62,309 bases of DNA, taken from positions 1 to 62,309 of the forward strand of contig RFFQ01000131.1 in assembly GCA_003697105.1 (NCBI GenBank). Direction: 5' to 3'. Below the pieces are notes generated by a model, which was given only the letters and a program-made list of their open reading frames with translations, was not told the origin of the DNA and did no database searches. This DNA comes from Gemmatimonadota bacterium. Lineage in GTDB: Bacteria > 4572-55 > J002. A program made the position numbers and the translations under genes. Each line of letters begins with the position of its first letter. Position 1 is the stretch's first letter. Shown here one piece after another: positions 1 to 10,783 of the stretch.

Positions 1-103
1 CAAGTTGCATTAGAAATCCTCTCCTGAGTTAAACGTGGAGAGAAAATCTATCATAATAAATCATTTTTTTCAAGAGCTCTGTTGCTCAATGTGGGTTTAT
101 CAC

Positions 104-745
104 TTAATGCACAATAATGCTCAACCCTTGTGTAACCCCAATACTAAGATTGCTTTCATCCGTGAGTTTGATAGTGAAGTTAAATGTTCCTGCGGTAGTG
201 GGTGTACCGGCAAGCCGTCCCGCCGTCGAGATGAGCTGAATGCCCGGTGGTAAATTGCCGCTAACCAGAATCCAAATATCACCGTCCAGACAGTCTATAG
301 ACCCCTTTTCTAATTGCGCCGTGTAATATTCACCCACTGTTGCCGGTGGTAATGTTTGCGTGAGTACCATCCGGGGACATTCGTTAATATGGATGGTAAA
401 ACTCTTGGATGCATATACCCGAAACGTGTCATCCGAGTCATCAATCAAACCGACCGTAAAGGTATAGTACCCCGCTTTTTCAGGTATGCCCCGAAAGTCC
501 CCATCATCTTCAAAATGAATACCCGGGGGTAATGTTCCCCCCAATAACACCCATTCCTCACCCGAACAAAATTCTTTGCTGTGAAGATCGTCAAAATAGT
601 ATTCTCCAACGACACCATCGACTAAGGCATCATCTAGAATTCGATTCCGGCAATCTTCGCAACTCAGTGTTGTCAGTGATAGTAACAGTGCTACACTGAA
701 TAGCACCATCTGACTTCCTAAAAATGCCATCAAATACTGCTTCAT
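104..745 (-). CDS. Exported protein with two putative Ig-like (He_PIG-type) domains
   Basis: Hydrophobic N-terminus with LTTLSC. Two repeats of G.LPPGI...G.P..AG...FT. Start moved to ATG 745, which has GGAG upstream. Confidence 0.7.
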   Translation of the reverse strand: MKQYLMAFLGSQMVLFSVALLLSLTTLSCEDCRNRILDDALVDGVVGEYYFDDLHSKEFCSGEEWVLLGGTLPPGIHFEDDGDFRGIPEKAGYYTFTVGLIDDSDDTFRVYASKSFTIHINECPRMVLTQTLPPATVGEYYTAQLEKGSIDCLDGDIWILVSGNLPPGIQLISTAGRLAGTPTTAGTFNFTIKLTDESNLSIGVTQGLSIIVH

Positions 746-830
746 GATTGGACTCCATCTAAAAGTGTGAAAATGAAACCGGATCAACGCCCCTCAAATA
801 TGAACTTAGACGCAGATTACGGGATTGCCT

Positions 831-847
831 TGCAGTAAACCCGCCGG
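831..847 (-). promoter_or_regulatory. Candidate sigma-54 (-24/-12) promoter for the Ig-domain gene
   Basis: Minus strand reads CCGGCGGGTTTACTGCA, i.e. GG-N10-GC. It lies beside a divergent operon encoding a sigma-54 activator. Confidence 0.4.
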
Positions 848-930
848 CGTTGTCGAAAAAACCTTGACAATTTCTTAAAAGCGTGTTGATTCTGTGCATC
901 TACCCAAACATCTTTTCATGGAGAAGACCC

Positions 931-1497
931 GTGAGAATCGTAATCTTACTTAGCCTTAGCTGGTTCGTGATCGGACAATCTTGTAGTGTGCTATCGCCCC
1001 AACAGAAACCGATGACTGATGACCGCTACATTGAATATGTGTGCCAATATACCGAACTGAAGCGCCAGCAGGAAATGGCAGTTATTGCCAATGATATAGA
1101 CCGGTTGAAAAAAATCCAAACCGAAATTGACCGTTTGAACGCAAAATACCCGCGAGCGGCACTTTATCCCTTGCTCCTCAGCGAACCGGAACAAGTCCGG
1201 TTGTATCAGAAATTGCGAAATGATGCCTCCGCTACTCCCCCGCCGCCCCCGATTACAGAAGAACGGTACATCGAGTACATTACCCAATATAATACCCTCC
1301 GGTGGGAACAGGGCGCGGCGGCGATTGCCAATGATACAGAACGGGTTAAAGCCATTCAGAAAAAAATCGACCAACTCAATAAAAAATATCCGCGAGCATC
1401 TGAATATCCGGCACACCTCAACGAAGCCGAAAAAGAACGGCTCAACCAAAAACTACAAGAGCTTCAGACGTTAGAGAAGTCCAATGACCCGCAATAA
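931..1497 (+). CDS. Hypothetical lipoprotein with two ~70-aa internal repeats
   Basis: GGAG then GTG at 931. Signal peptide ending ..GQSC. Repeat RYIEY..QY..L..........IAND..R.K.IQ..ID.LN.KYPRA..YP..L occurs twice, linked by PPPPP. Confidence 0.7.
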   Translation: MRIVILLSLSWFVIGQSCSVLSPQQKPMTDDRYIEYVCQYTELKRQQEMAVIANDIDRLKKIQTEIDRLNAKYPRAALYPLLLSEPEQVRLYQKLRNDASATPPPPPITEERYIEYITQYNTLRWEQGAAAIANDTERVKAIQKKIDQLNKKYPRASEYPAHLNEAEKERLNQKLQELQTLEKSNDPQ

Positions 1498-4024
1498 GTA
1501 CCAATGGAAAACAATGCTCTTGTCGCGTCTGCTGATTATCGTCGGGGTATTGATTTTTACCGTCTTGACCTCCCGAACACCCTTGATGGATTCCTTCAAT
1601 AATCAGGTCTATGATGAATTAATGCGGTGGCGGGGTAACATTCCGGTGCATCCCGATATAGTGCTGGTATTTATCGGAGATGATGCGACCGAAACTCTTG
1701 GTGAGTGGCCCCTGACCCGTGATTTTTACGCTCTTTTTTTGGATGCGATGCGAACCGCTGGCGCCAAAACCGTTGTGTTCGACCTGCTCATGTCCAACCC
1801 CAGTCCGTTTCCGGAATATGATCAGGAACTGATTCGCTATACCCAAGAGATGGGGAATGTTTATTACCCCTACTTTTTTCAAAATGTAAATGTGATTGCT
1901 CCCAATACTGATGATCTATCTCCTCCGAATCTGATGACCTTTGCTAAACCGTTCAACTTCCCCGATAGTGACCGCTTTTATACCGCTTCTTCTGTGATTT
2001 TTCCGTTACCGGCATTAGCTGAACATGCTAAAGGATTAGGGCATGTCAATGTCGTCCCCGATGCGGATGGGGTAACCCGGCAACTCCCCCTCTTTATCAA
2101 TTATCAAGGGCAAAGTTACCCCTCGTTAGCACTTGTGGTGGCTCTGGATTACAAACAACAAACATGGGCGGAGGCGAATATCCCCCTGGACCCAGAGGGG
2201 ATGTTGGCAATCAATTATTGTGGTGGTTTGGATACGATCCCCAATTATTCGTTTCTACAAGTTTTGGGATCTTACCGGCAAGTGATTGAAGGGGAAACTC
2301 CACTGATCCCGCTGGATACGTTTCGTGATAAATTGGTATTGGTGGGGATGACGGCGACCGGAGCGACAGACCTCAACCCGACCCCCTTTTCCCCCAATTA
2401 CCCATTGGTTGGCACCCTCGCAAATGTTATTAACAGCATTTTGCAGGATGATTATTTGTATCCGGTACCGTGGGGGGTACATCTCGTCTTGATTGGACTC
2501 ATCGGGGTCTTTTTTTTCTTTGGGATTCCGCATATACGCGAACTTTGGATTTTCCTCATTCCTTTCGGGTTGTTGGCTGGATTTGTGGGAATTGCGTGGC
2601 TCAGTTTTAAACTTTTTAATTTGTATTGGCATTATATGGTAATGACCAACGGCATCGTGTTCAATGCTATTGCGCTTTGGGTCTGGACGGTGCGGAATGT
2701 GGAAGTGGAACGTCGCCGAATTCATGGGGAATTACTGCAGCGTACCGAAAAATTGTTACTAAGTGAACAGCGGTTACAGGGGTTAACCACCGAGATCCAA
2801 ACCCTAGAAGAAACCATCGAGACCCTGCATGACTACCAAGTAGAAGCTGAAGAATATCACCGTCTTTTGGAAAAAACAGAAGCCGAACGAATGTCCCTCC
2901 TAGCAGAGCGCGACCGGTTACTATCAGAGAAACAGAAACTGGAAGCCGAACGAAAATCCCTACATGAAAAAATACAACCGCACCCGACCCCCAAACGTAC
3001 CTCGCTTACTGCCAACATCAAAAAACGGGCAGAACTCAAGGGGGACTATCATGCGATCATCGGACAAAGTCCAGCCATGCTGGAGATCCTCTATAAGCTG
3101 GATAAAGTGGCGCAGAGTGATGCCAGTGTGCTTCTGTTTGGTGAGAGTGGAACAGGGAAGGAACTCATCGCACGTGCCATCCATGAAAACAGCCCGCGCC
3201 GCGATAAAAATTATGTCACTGTAAATTGTGCCGCGATTCCCCGTGAATTGATTGAAAGCGAACTTTTCGGCCATGAGAAAGGCGCATTTACCGGGGCGAT
3301 TAACCGCCGTCTGGGCAAATTTGAACTTGCTCATCAAGGAACGATCTTCCTAGATGAAATTGGAGATATGGATGTGCGAATGCAGGCAAAACTTCTCCGG
3401 GCCATTCAAGAACGTGAATTTATGCGCGTGGGTGGCTCTGAATTGATTCAAGTGGATGTGCGGATTATTGCCGCCACCAATCGTGACCTGCCGGCGGAAA
3501 TTGAAAAAGGCAATTTTCGGGAAGATTTATATCACCGGTTGAATGTTGTCCCGTTTTATCTGCCGCCATTGCGTGCCCGCCGCGAAGACATTCCCTTGTT
3601 GATCGACCATTTCCTGACCCTGAAAGGCTTCCCGCAAGTAAAAATCACGCCGGAAGCGATGCAAGCTCTACAACGGTATTCGTGGAAAGGCAATATTCGG
3701 GAATTGGGACAAGTGATCGAGCGAATGCTGGTCTTGAAGGAAAGTGATACTCTGACACTTGATGATGTACCCGTCCTGATCCGGGATTACCAACCTTCTA
3801 CCGAAGAGTGGATCCCCTCGTCCCCAAAATCAGAGTTGCCGGAAATGGAAGCCGGGCAATCGCTAAAAGAATTGGTAGAAGCGTATGAACGAAAGGTAAT
3901 TGTAAAAGCCTTACATAAACATAACTGGAACAAATCGCGCACGGCTGAATTTTTAGGTATCGGGCGACGAAATCTACATCAAAAAATCAATAAATACAAC
4001 ATCATTGATGGTGAAACTCCCTGA
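1484..4024 (+). CDS. CHASE2-domain, membrane-anchored sigma-54-dependent transcriptional activator (CHASE2-3TM-coiled coil-AAA+-Fis HTH)
   Basis: CHASE2 motifs (IVLVFI.D, G.WP..R, DADGVTR). Walker [15 protein letters not shown] loop, [15 protein letters not shown] and a C-terminal Fis-type HTH. Confidence 0.9.
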   Translation: MTRNKYQWKTMLLSRLLIIVGVLIFTVLTSRTPLMDSFNNQVYDELMRWRGNIPVHPDIVLVFIGDDATETLGEWPLTRDFYALFLDAMRTAGAKTVVFDLLMSNPSPFPEYDQELIRYTQEMGNVYYPYFFQNVNVIAPNTDDLSPPNLMTFAKPFNFPDSDRFYTASSVIFPLPALAEHAKGLGHVNVVPDADGVTRQLPLFINYQGQSYPSLALVVALDYKQQTWAEANIPLDPEGMLAINYCGGLDTIPNYSFLQVLGSYRQVIEGETPLIPLDTFRDKLVLVGMTATGATDLNPTPFSPNYPLVGTLANVINSILQDDYLYPVPWGVHLVLIGLIGVFFFFGIPHIRELWIFLIPFGLLAGFVGIAWLSFKLFNLYWHYMVMTNGIVFNAIALWVWTVRNVEVERRRIHGELLQRTEKLLLSEQRLQGLTTEIQTLEETIETLHDYQVEAEEYHRLLEKTEAERMSLLAERDRLLSEKQKLEAERKSLHEKIQPHPTPKRTSLTANIKKRAELKGDYHAIIGQSPAMLEILYKLDKVAQSDASVLLFGESGTGKELIARAIHENSPRRDKNYVTVNCAAIPRELIESELFGHEKGAFTGAINRRLGKFELAHQGTIFLDEIGDMDVRMQAKLLRAIQEREFMRVGGSELIQVDVRIIAATNRDLPAEIEKGNFREDLYHRLNVVPFYLPPLRARREDIPLLIDHFLTLKGFPQVKITPEAMQALQRYSWKGNIRELGQVIERMLVLKESDTLTLDDVPVLIRDYQPSTEEWIPSSPKSELPEMEAGQSLKELVEAYERKVIVKALHKHNWNKSRTAEFLGIGRRNLHQKINKYNIIDGETP

Positions 4025-4121
4025 AAAAACCATTGACGAAGTTATTGGGATCAACTAAGGTTGGTATTCCGCATTTGTTTATTTCTCATTACTTATTCTT
4101 CATTATTCCGGGTTCATAGCT

Positions 4122-5324
4122 ATGTCTTCTGGAACAGGCAAAAAAGCAGACCGCATTCGCAAGATACAGGAAAAACAGACCGAACAGTTTAGCCGTTACT
4201 TTTTGTTAGCGTTGCTGATCGGGGTGATGGTTATCTTTTTTAATATGGTCAAGATTTTTCTTGTGCCGGTATTGCTCGCGGCGGTTTTTTGTACCCTCTT
4301 TTTTCCACTTTACACGTGGCTTTTGGAACGGACTAAAGGGAATAAAGCGTTTAGTTCCTTGTTGTGTTGTCTGATTTTATTGTTAGGGCTACTCGTGCCG
4401 ATTTATCTGGTGGCGGATTCGGTCTCACGCGAGGCGGTTGTTTTTTACCAGTCTGCTGAGCAGGAAATCCGGGAGATTATCAAAAAAGGTGATGAAGGAT
4501 TGCTCGGTAAAATTAAAGATAATCGCTGGGTGCAACGGTTCAATCTGGACAAAATGGATTGGCAGAGTACCCTGAAAGATGTGGCATCTACCGGCGGAAA
4601 ATTGCTGGCAACGGTGATTAACAAGACATCCAAAGGGACGTTTCAAGTGGTGGCAATCCTTTTCATCACATTATTTACCATGTTTTATTTTTTCATGGAT
4701 GGAGAGGCTCTCATTGCTCGTGTGATGTATCTCAGCCCGTTGAATGATGATTATGAACGGGAGATCATTGCCCGGTTTGTTTCGATTTCCCGTGCCACCA
4801 TTAAAGGGACGCTTCTGATTGGCTTAACCCAAGGCGGGTTGGGGGGTATCACGCTGTGGGTGTTAGGAGTTGGCTCACCGATTTTGTGGGGAGTGGTGAT
4901 GGTCATCCTTTCGATCATCCCGATGGTGGGCCCGGCGGTGGTCATGATCCCGGCGGCAATTATCCAAATTGTTTTAGGGAACATCTGGCAAGGTGTGGTG
5001 ATTTTGTTTGTAACCTTAGTGATCATTAGCAATATTGATAATCTTATGCGCCCGCGTTTAGTGGGTCAAGAAAGTGGTATGCACGACCTGATGATTTTCT
5101 TTTCCACATTGGGTGGTATTAGCATGTTTGGGGCAATGGGTTTTATTGTCGGACCGGTTGTCGCCGCTTTATTTTTGGCAATTTTAGATATTTATAGTAA
5201 AGAGTTTCAAATCCATCTGAATATGGCGCAAACGTTTGACGCTGTATCTGGCGAGGAATCCCCTTCTTTACCGCCGGAACCTCGTCCCGCAGAGGATGAT
5301 GACGTCTCGTCCCCCACTTCTTAA
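4122..5324 (+). CDS. AI-2E family transporter
   Basis: Multi-TM protein with IP.VG and DNL.RP motifs and C-terminal GG...FG..GFIVGP. Confidence 0.9.
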   Translation: MSSGTGKKADRIRKIQEKQTEQFSRYFLLALLIGVMVIFFNMVKIFLVPVLLAAVFCTLFFPLYTWLLERTKGNKAFSSLLCCLILLLGLLVPIYLVADSVSREAVVFYQSAEQEIREIIKKGDEGLLGKIKDNRWVQRFNLDKMDWQSTLKDVASTGGKLLATVINKTSKGTFQVVAILFITLFTMFYFFMDGEALIARVMYLSPLNDDYEREIIARFVSISRATIKGTLLIGLTQGGLGGITLWVLGVGSPILWGVVMVILSIIPMVGPAVVMIPAAIIQIVLGNIWQGVVILFVTLVIISNIDNLMRPRLVGQESGMHDLMIFFSTLGGISMFGAMGFIVGPVVAALFLAILDIYSKEFQIHLNMAQTFDAVSGEESPSLPPEPRPAEDDDVSSPTS

Positions 5325-5348
5325 ACGTTTTCATAAATGAGGTTGATT

Positions 5349-7496
5349 ATGAACGGACTAAAATATATTCTATTAATGGGTGTGATAATTAGCGGTTTCT
5401 CCTTTCCGGCAACAGCGCAGGATGAGGCGGATGATTACGAGTTTGCCCCAGAAGACCTCTTCTTTTTTGAAGACGAAATTGTTTATACGGCGTCGCGGCA
5501 AGAGCAAAAAATTAAGGATGCCCCCTCCACGATCACGGTGATCTCCGGGGAAGAACTGAAAGCTTTTGGTATTTTCTGGTTACCGGATCTGTTTCGCCAA
5601 ATTCCCGGACTGGATGTCTCTGGAGCGACCTTAGCTGAAACGGAAGTCTCGACACGAGGACGCGGGTTAGTGGTTTTACCCAGTGACTCCAGTGCCGCTC
5701 CGGGGTTTGGCAATAGTGTTTCCGTTGGTTCGAGCCGAATGTTGGTGATGATCGATGGACGTTCCGTTTATGAAGACTTTTGGGGAAAGACCTACTGGGC
5801 GACATTGGGTGTCACCATTGATGAGATCGAACGGATCGAGATCATTCGGGGTCCCGGTTCGGCGTTGTACGGCGCGAATGCGTTTGATGGGGTGATCAAC
5901 ATCATCACTAAACCGGTGGAGACTTTGAATGGCACCCTGTTTTCTGTTACCGGTGGTGAGCGAGGGACACTTTTTGCCAGTGCTCTGAGTGCGCACCAGT
6001 TTGAAAAATGGGGCTATAAAATATCATTGAATCACCAGCAAATGGATGATTGGAATGTGGTATATCAAGACGAACTCTCAGACCCCGACTCGGAACCTGA
6101 AATTCACCACATCAAAGACCGCGAAAGTTTCAATATCCATCAAGTAAATGCTCAAACGATGTACCGGTTGACCCCAGACCAGCAGTTGAAAGTTTATGCT
6201 AGCTATACTGGGGGATTGATGAACGTGGACAGTGGTGACCCCGTCAACCCCTTTGAAATGGAGATCAATGCCGGTACGGCATGGTTGCAGTACCAAACCC
6301 CAGTATTGAGCCTGAATCTGAGTTGGGACGGACGGTATCATGTGGCCACCAATGCTGATTATGCCCAGTTTAATCCAAATTTTGATGGTGATTTTGATAT
6401 CCAGACGCAAACCTTCCATAGTGATTTACAATATACTATTCAATCCCAAGAGCACCATAATATGATTTTCGGGGCTTCGTACCGCTTTAACCGTTTCAAA
6501 TCGGACTTGTTGAATAGTGTTGACCCGCGTACGATTGAACAATTCGGCGAGTTGGATGTCAATGATACTCAACAGGAACATTTGGCGTCCATGTACGGGC
6601 AAGACCGGGTGCAAATTCATCCCAAAATCGCCTTTACGGCAGGTTTACGGTATGATTACCACTCGCTGACCGGTAATAACCTCAGCCCTCGGGGAAGTTT
6701 GATTTTATCTCCCACCGATAAAGATGTGTTGCGAGTATCGGTAGGTTATGCCTTTCGGAATCCCACCGCTTACGAATCGTATGTTTTGCTGGATAGCTTT
6801 GTTGAATCCGAAATTGAGGTTGATGGGCAAACAATCCCCTTTATTTACATCTTTCGCCTGCGGGGGAATGACCAGTTGAATCCCGAAAAAGTGCGCTCTA
6901 TCGAATTGGCATACAGCCATTATCGCAAAGGTTTGATGGTGCGTCTGGAAGGATTTCATAACCAAATTGAAGATTTTATCATTTCCAATGTGGATGTTCG
7001 GGTACAGCCCTTTCCGCCCGATGACCCCCGGGAAATTCACCAGCGCGAACGGGAACGGTATGTCAATTATGATGGCACGGCAACTGGGATTGGCGGAGAA
7101 TTGACTTTGGAATATCGACCGTACACGTGGTTATATACCTTCTTCAATTGGAGTTACCAAGAATGGAAAGACGATGAGACTGGTCAGAAAATTTCATTTG
7201 TACCCCAGCATCGTGGCAATGTGGGTATTCGCTATATGCCACAGGTGGGTCCCGCTTTTAGTACGGTAATTCATTATGTCGGTGACATCCATTATCCGGA
7301 AACCACCCCTTCCGAAAAGAACGATGCGGTAAATGCTTACGCTTTTGTCGAACTTTCAGCGGGATACTCCTTTTTAGAAAATGTTCGGGCCTCCGTGAGT
7401 GTGTTTAATCTGTTTGATGAGGATTTTCGGGGAACGCCGACTGGTGAAATCTTACTAGGACGACGAATTGTCGGACAAATGTCAATCTCTTTTTAG
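5349..7496 (+). CDS. TonB-dependent outer membrane receptor
   Basis: Signal peptide, plug motifs (TASR.EQ, LVMIDGR, IERIEIIRGPGSALYGANA.GVINIITK), NLFD near the end and a terminal Phe. Alternative start at 5337. Confidence 0.9.
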   Translation: MNGLKYILLMGVIISGFSFPATAQDEADDYEFAPEDLFFFEDEIVYTASRQEQKIKDAPSTITVISGEELKAFGIFWLPDLFRQIPGLDVSGATLAETEVSTRGRGLVVLPSDSSAAPGFGNSVSVGSSRMLVMIDGRSVYEDFWGKTYWATLGVTIDEIERIEIIRGPGSALYGANAFDGVINIITKPVETLNGTLFSVTGGERGTLFASALSAHQFEKWGYKISLNHQQMDDWNVVYQDELSDPDSEPEIHHIKDRESFNIHQVNAQTMYRLTPDQQLKVYASYTGGLMNVDSGDPVNPFEMEINAGTAWLQYQTPVLSLNLSWDGRYHVATNADYAQFNPNFDGDFDIQTQTFHSDLQYTIQSQEHHNMIFGASYRFNRFKSDLLNSVDPRTIEQFGELDVNDTQQEHLASMYGQDRVQIHPKIAFTAGLRYDYHSLTGNNLSPRGSLILSPTDKDVLRVSVGYAFRNPTAYESYVLLDSFVESEIEVDGQTIPFIYIFRLRGNDQLNPEKVRSIELAYSHYRKGLMVRLEGFHNQIEDFIISNVDVRVQPFPPDDPREIHQRERERYVNYDGTATGIGGELTLEYRPYTWLYTFFNWSYQEWKDDETGQKISFVPQHRGNVGIRYMPQVGPAFSTVIHYVGDIHYPETTPSEKNDAVNAYAFVELSAGYSFLENVRASVSVFNLFDEDFRGTPTGEILLGRRIVGQMSISF

Positions 7497-7509
7497 GAGG
7501 ATGCCGTGC

Positions 7510-7929
7510 ATGAACCGCCCAAATCATCTGATCGGTTGGGGGATACTATTGACCGTTCTGGTTGTTTTCTCAGAGCCTTATGCGACGGAAACCGAACCCA
7601 ATTTGCTGGATAAGGCAAAAGCGTTTTACGACAGCGCGAAAGCCAAAACCAGTGATGCCGTCGCCGGAATGAGAGAATCCGCTGAAAATTTACTCGATCA
7701 GGCTCAAGCTATCATTGCTGTGGAGAGTGAAGTGATCCGCATGCGCGCCGAACTGAATCAGGCACAAGAAACCATCACCGCTTTAGAAGCAAAGTTGGCG
7801 CAAACTCGTGCAGAAGTGCAAATATTACGAATGATCGTCATTGGCGCTGTAGTGATTGTATTGTTGCTGTTCGGTTTTACGCTAAAGGTGGTCGTTGAAA
7901 TGCAACAATTGAAAGGATCGCATGGCTAA
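7510..7929 (+). CDS. Hypothetical protein with signal peptide, coiled coil and C-terminal TM
   Basis: AGGAGG before ATG 7510. Overlaps the next start. Confidence 0.65.
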   Translation: MNRPNHLIGWGILLTVLVVFSEPYATETEPNLLDKAKAFYDSAKAKTSDAVAGMRESAENLLDQAQAIIAVESEVIRMRAELNQAQETITALEAKLAQTRAEVQILRMIVIGAVVIVLLLFGFTLKVVVEMQQLKGSHG

Positions 7930-8518
7930 AGGTTCGTTTCGCAAAAAGATGCGTCGGGAACGCCAACAGCACCAACACCAACCGATCCCCCCCATGCCCG
8001 ATTTGGATGACCCGATTTACGATAAATTGGATGAATTATACCGGAATCACAAGGATCGACCCCCCAACGCCCCTGAATTTTTTATTTTTTTGGTCGATGG
8101 GCATAATTGCATCCATAAGTTGATGGCAAAAGAACAGTTGGAGTGGGAAGACGCCCGGAATAAATTCTTGCGTGACATTGTGGATTACCGGTTGATGATG
8201 TGGAACTACTACCAGTTGATGGTCGAGTTCAAAATTTATCTGGACGACTACAAATCCCGCTGGTCATCACAAGAATTTGAAGAAGGCGTGACACTCTTTA
8301 ACTCTGCAGTGAGCGGTCGTCGGGATGCCGCCGATATTGAGATTGTGGAAATGGTGCGTCTAGCCGTCAATCCGGCGGAATTGGTCGTCGCTAGCTCCGA
8401 CCGGTACTGCCGCCAAGTAGAACATTACGGGGCAAAACTCTTCAAAGCCGATGTTTTTCTGCAAATGTTGCGCATCCAACTTCCCCCGGACTATATCGGA
8501 GATTATCATTTTGCGTAA
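7922..8518 (+). CDS. NYN/PIN-like (YacP-type) domain protein
   Basis: LVDGHN, ADIEI and VASSDR acidic motifs. Confidence 0.6.
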   Translation: MAKGSFRKKMRRERQQHQHQPIPPMPDLDDPIYDKLDELYRNHKDRPPNAPEFFIFLVDGHNCIHKLMAKEQLEWEDARNKFLRDIVDYRLMMWNYYQLMVEFKIYLDDYKSRWSSQEFEEGVTLFNSAVSGRRDAADIEIVEMVRLAVNPAELVVASSDRYCRQVEHYGAKLFKADVFLQMLRIQLPPDYIGDYHFA

Positions 8519-9575
8519 GCTCTTATTTTTCAACTCATTACTGCTTATTTTTCTGTTAAGCCGCCCCCTTCCTCTGTTTTCTACAGAAATCGATTCATCA
8601 CACACCCTGACCATTATTGCCGTGGGCGATATTATGATGGGCACGGATTTCCCGAAAGATAAATTGCCTCCCAACAATGGGAGCAGTCTGTTATCTGAGG
8701 TGGCGCCGATCCTACGGGGTGGTGACCTCACTTTTGGGAATCTGGAAGGTGTGTTGCTCGATGGGGGTGAGCCGGAAAAAACGTGTAATGATACCTCCCT
8801 CTGCTATCTCTTTCGGACGCCAAGCTCTTACGTAGAACATCTGAAAAACGCCGGGTTTGATGTCCTGAGCCTTGCCAATAATCACGCCCGTGATTTCGGG
8901 GAAGCGGGACGAACCGCAACCATGCAAACCCTGTCGAATGCCGGAATCCAACACGCCGGACGTCTCGGCGATATTGCCACCGGCGTCATTGATTCCGTGC
9001 GGTGGGCGCTGATTGCTTTTGCACCAAACCCCGGCTCATATTCCAATCTTGACCAGAATCGCGCGGTGAGGGAAATCAAAAAACTGGATCAAACTTATGA
9101 TCTGGTGTTGGTCTCTGTTCATGGCGGTGCCGAAGGTAAAGATGCCATACATGTTGTGGATAGTATGGAAGTGTACTACGGCGAGGAGCGGGGGAATATG
9201 GTGGAATTTGCTCATGCGGTGATTGATGCCGGTGCCGACCTTGTCCTCGGGCATGGTCCTCATGTGCCTCGTGCCCTTGAACTGTACCGGGACCGGTTGA
9301 TTGCCTATAGTTTGGGCAACTTTTGTACCTATCGTGGCGTCAATATTGCAGGTATTAACGGGTATGCGCCGATTTTGGTAGTTACATTGCACACCAGCGG
9401 TGCTTTCGTGACCGGAAATATTATTTCGGCGCGGCAATATCGCCCCCAAGGCACGCGCTTGGATGCCTATCACCGTGCCGCCAAATTGATGCAACAACTC
9501 ACTTTGGAAGACTTTCCTCAAACCGCGATTTCTATTGATGCTCAGGGATTGATTTCCCGTAAAAAAGCCAAATAA
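8511..9575 (+). CDS. CapA/PGA_cap family metallophosphoesterase
   Basis: AVGDIM, GNLEG, LANNH..DFG, VHGG, GHGPHV and YSLGNF. Start chosen at TTG 8511 with GGAG upstream. Confidence 0.9.
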   Translation: MRKLLFFNSLLLIFLLSRPLPLFSTEIDSSHTLTIIAVGDIMMGTDFPKDKLPPNNGSSLLSEVAPILRGGDLTFGNLEGVLLDGGEPEKTCNDTSLCYLFRTPSSYVEHLKNAGFDVLSLANNHARDFGEAGRTATMQTLSNAGIQHAGRLGDIATGVIDSVRWALIAFAPNPGSYSNLDQNRAVREIKKLDQTYDLVLVSVHGGAEGKDAIHVVDSMEVYYGEERGNMVEFAHAVIDAGADLVLGHGPHVPRALELYRDRLIAYSLGNFCTYRGVNIAGINGYAPILVVTLHTSGAFVTGNIISARQYRPQGTRLDAYHRAAKLMQQLTLEDFPQTAISIDAQGLISRKKAK

Positions 9576-9591
9576 GTCTATAAAAAAGTGC

Positions 9592-9620
9592 TTGACAGAA
9601 TTATGGGGATATGATATTCT
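9592..9620 (+). promoter_or_regulatory. Sigma-70-type promoter upstream of the M23 peptidase
   Basis: TTGACA-N17-TATTCT with extended TG. Confidence 0.55.
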
Positions 9621-9740
9621 CTCCAAGAATTGCTGTAAGAATGAGGGAGTATTAATCTATAACATTTACTTAGGAGGTGGAACTTACCTGATTGTGTTGA
9701 TCAGGACAAGTGCGAGAACTATGGGAAGGAGTCATTACGT

Positions 9741-10688
9741 ATGTCAGACCTGTTAAAGGAAGAGAAGAAGACGCGTATTGTTTTGGTACCGCACAATACG
9801 GCGCGCGCGTGGAGTTGGGTCGTTCCAAATGTATTCTTTCGGGTTTGTGTTGGAATATTAATTACTATTTTTGTCGGCATCGCTGTTTTTGGTTGGGAAT
9901 ATACCCAGAAAGTTGTAAATGAGCAGAAATTAGCTCGATTAAAGTTACAAAATGAGTATTTGAAAGATAAGATTAGACACTATAGTCAAAATGTTGCGCT
10001 CCTTCAACACCAAATGGAACGCTACCGGAAGTTTGACACTGATATTCGCATCATTAGTGATTTAGAGATGCTCGACGCGGACGTGGCGAATGTGGGTGTC
10101 GGGGGAGCACCGGAAGTTTATCCGAAAATTGAAGAAATTCGTAAGTTAGACCCCGAATCGGCGAAGCTCATTGAAAATATCAAAATTAAACTCGATGAAC
10201 TGGAACGAAAAAGTCGCTTCCAAAAAGAAAGTTTTGAAGATATTGTGACCTCATTGACAAATCAGCAAGACTTTTGGAACCACACCCCGTCTATTTTACC
10301 GTGTAAAACAGGGTTGATTGGCTCCGGATTTGGTATGCGACGAGACCCCATCACGGGTAAATACCGGATGCATGAAGGTCAAGATATTCGGGCAAAAAAA
10401 GGAACACCGATTTATGCAACCGCGAATGGGACGGTTATCTTTGCGGGGCGAAAAGCCGGATATGGGTTGACGGTTGATATTGATCATGGTTACGGAATTC
10501 AAACCCGTTATGCCCATTGCTCCTTATTGAAAGTAAAGAAAGGGGATAGCGTTATTCGGGGTCAAGAGATCGCTTTAGTCGGGAGTACCGGACGTTCTAC
10601 TGGGGCACACCTTCACTATGAAATTCGAGTTGGAGTCAATAAAGTAAACCCCCTGAAGTATATCTTGCCCGATTCAATGACTCGGTAA
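9741..10688 (+). CDS. M23 family peptidoglycan metallopeptidase
   Basis: N-terminal TM and coiled coil. HEGQD (HxxxD), YAH and STGAHLHYE (HxH). Confidence 0.92.
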   Translation: MSDLLKEEKKTRIVLVPHNTARAWSWVVPNVFFRVCVGILITIFVGIAVFGWEYTQKVVNEQKLARLKLQNEYLKDKIRHYSQNVALLQHQMERYRKFDTDIRIISDLEMLDADVANVGVGGAPEVYPKIEEIRKLDPESAKLIENIKIKLDELERKSRFQKESFEDIVTSLTNQQDFWNHTPSILPCKTGLIGSGFGMRRDPITGKYRMHEGQDIRAKKGTPIYATANGTVIFAGRKAGYGLTVDIDHGYGIQTRYAHCSLLKVKKGDSVIRGQEIALVGSTGRSTGAHLHYEIRVGVNKVNPLKYILPDSMTR

Positions 10689-10716
10689 TCGCAAACTGCA
10701 CTGAATGCAATGAATG

Positions 10717-10750
10717 CAAAAGCTGAATCCTTTTTAGGATTCAGCTTTTG
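10717..10750. terminator. Bidirectional intrinsic terminator
   Basis: CAAAAGCTGAATCCT..AGGATTCAGCTTTTG hairpin between convergent genes. Confidence 0.8.
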
Positions 10751-10783
10751 GCGTTTAATAGAGACCTTTTTGAAATTTGATTT

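Noticed and set aside
1-25. Start of a minus-strand gene at position 10 (ATG with AGGAG upstream)
   Set aside because: Only three codons lie in the window, so it cannot be called.
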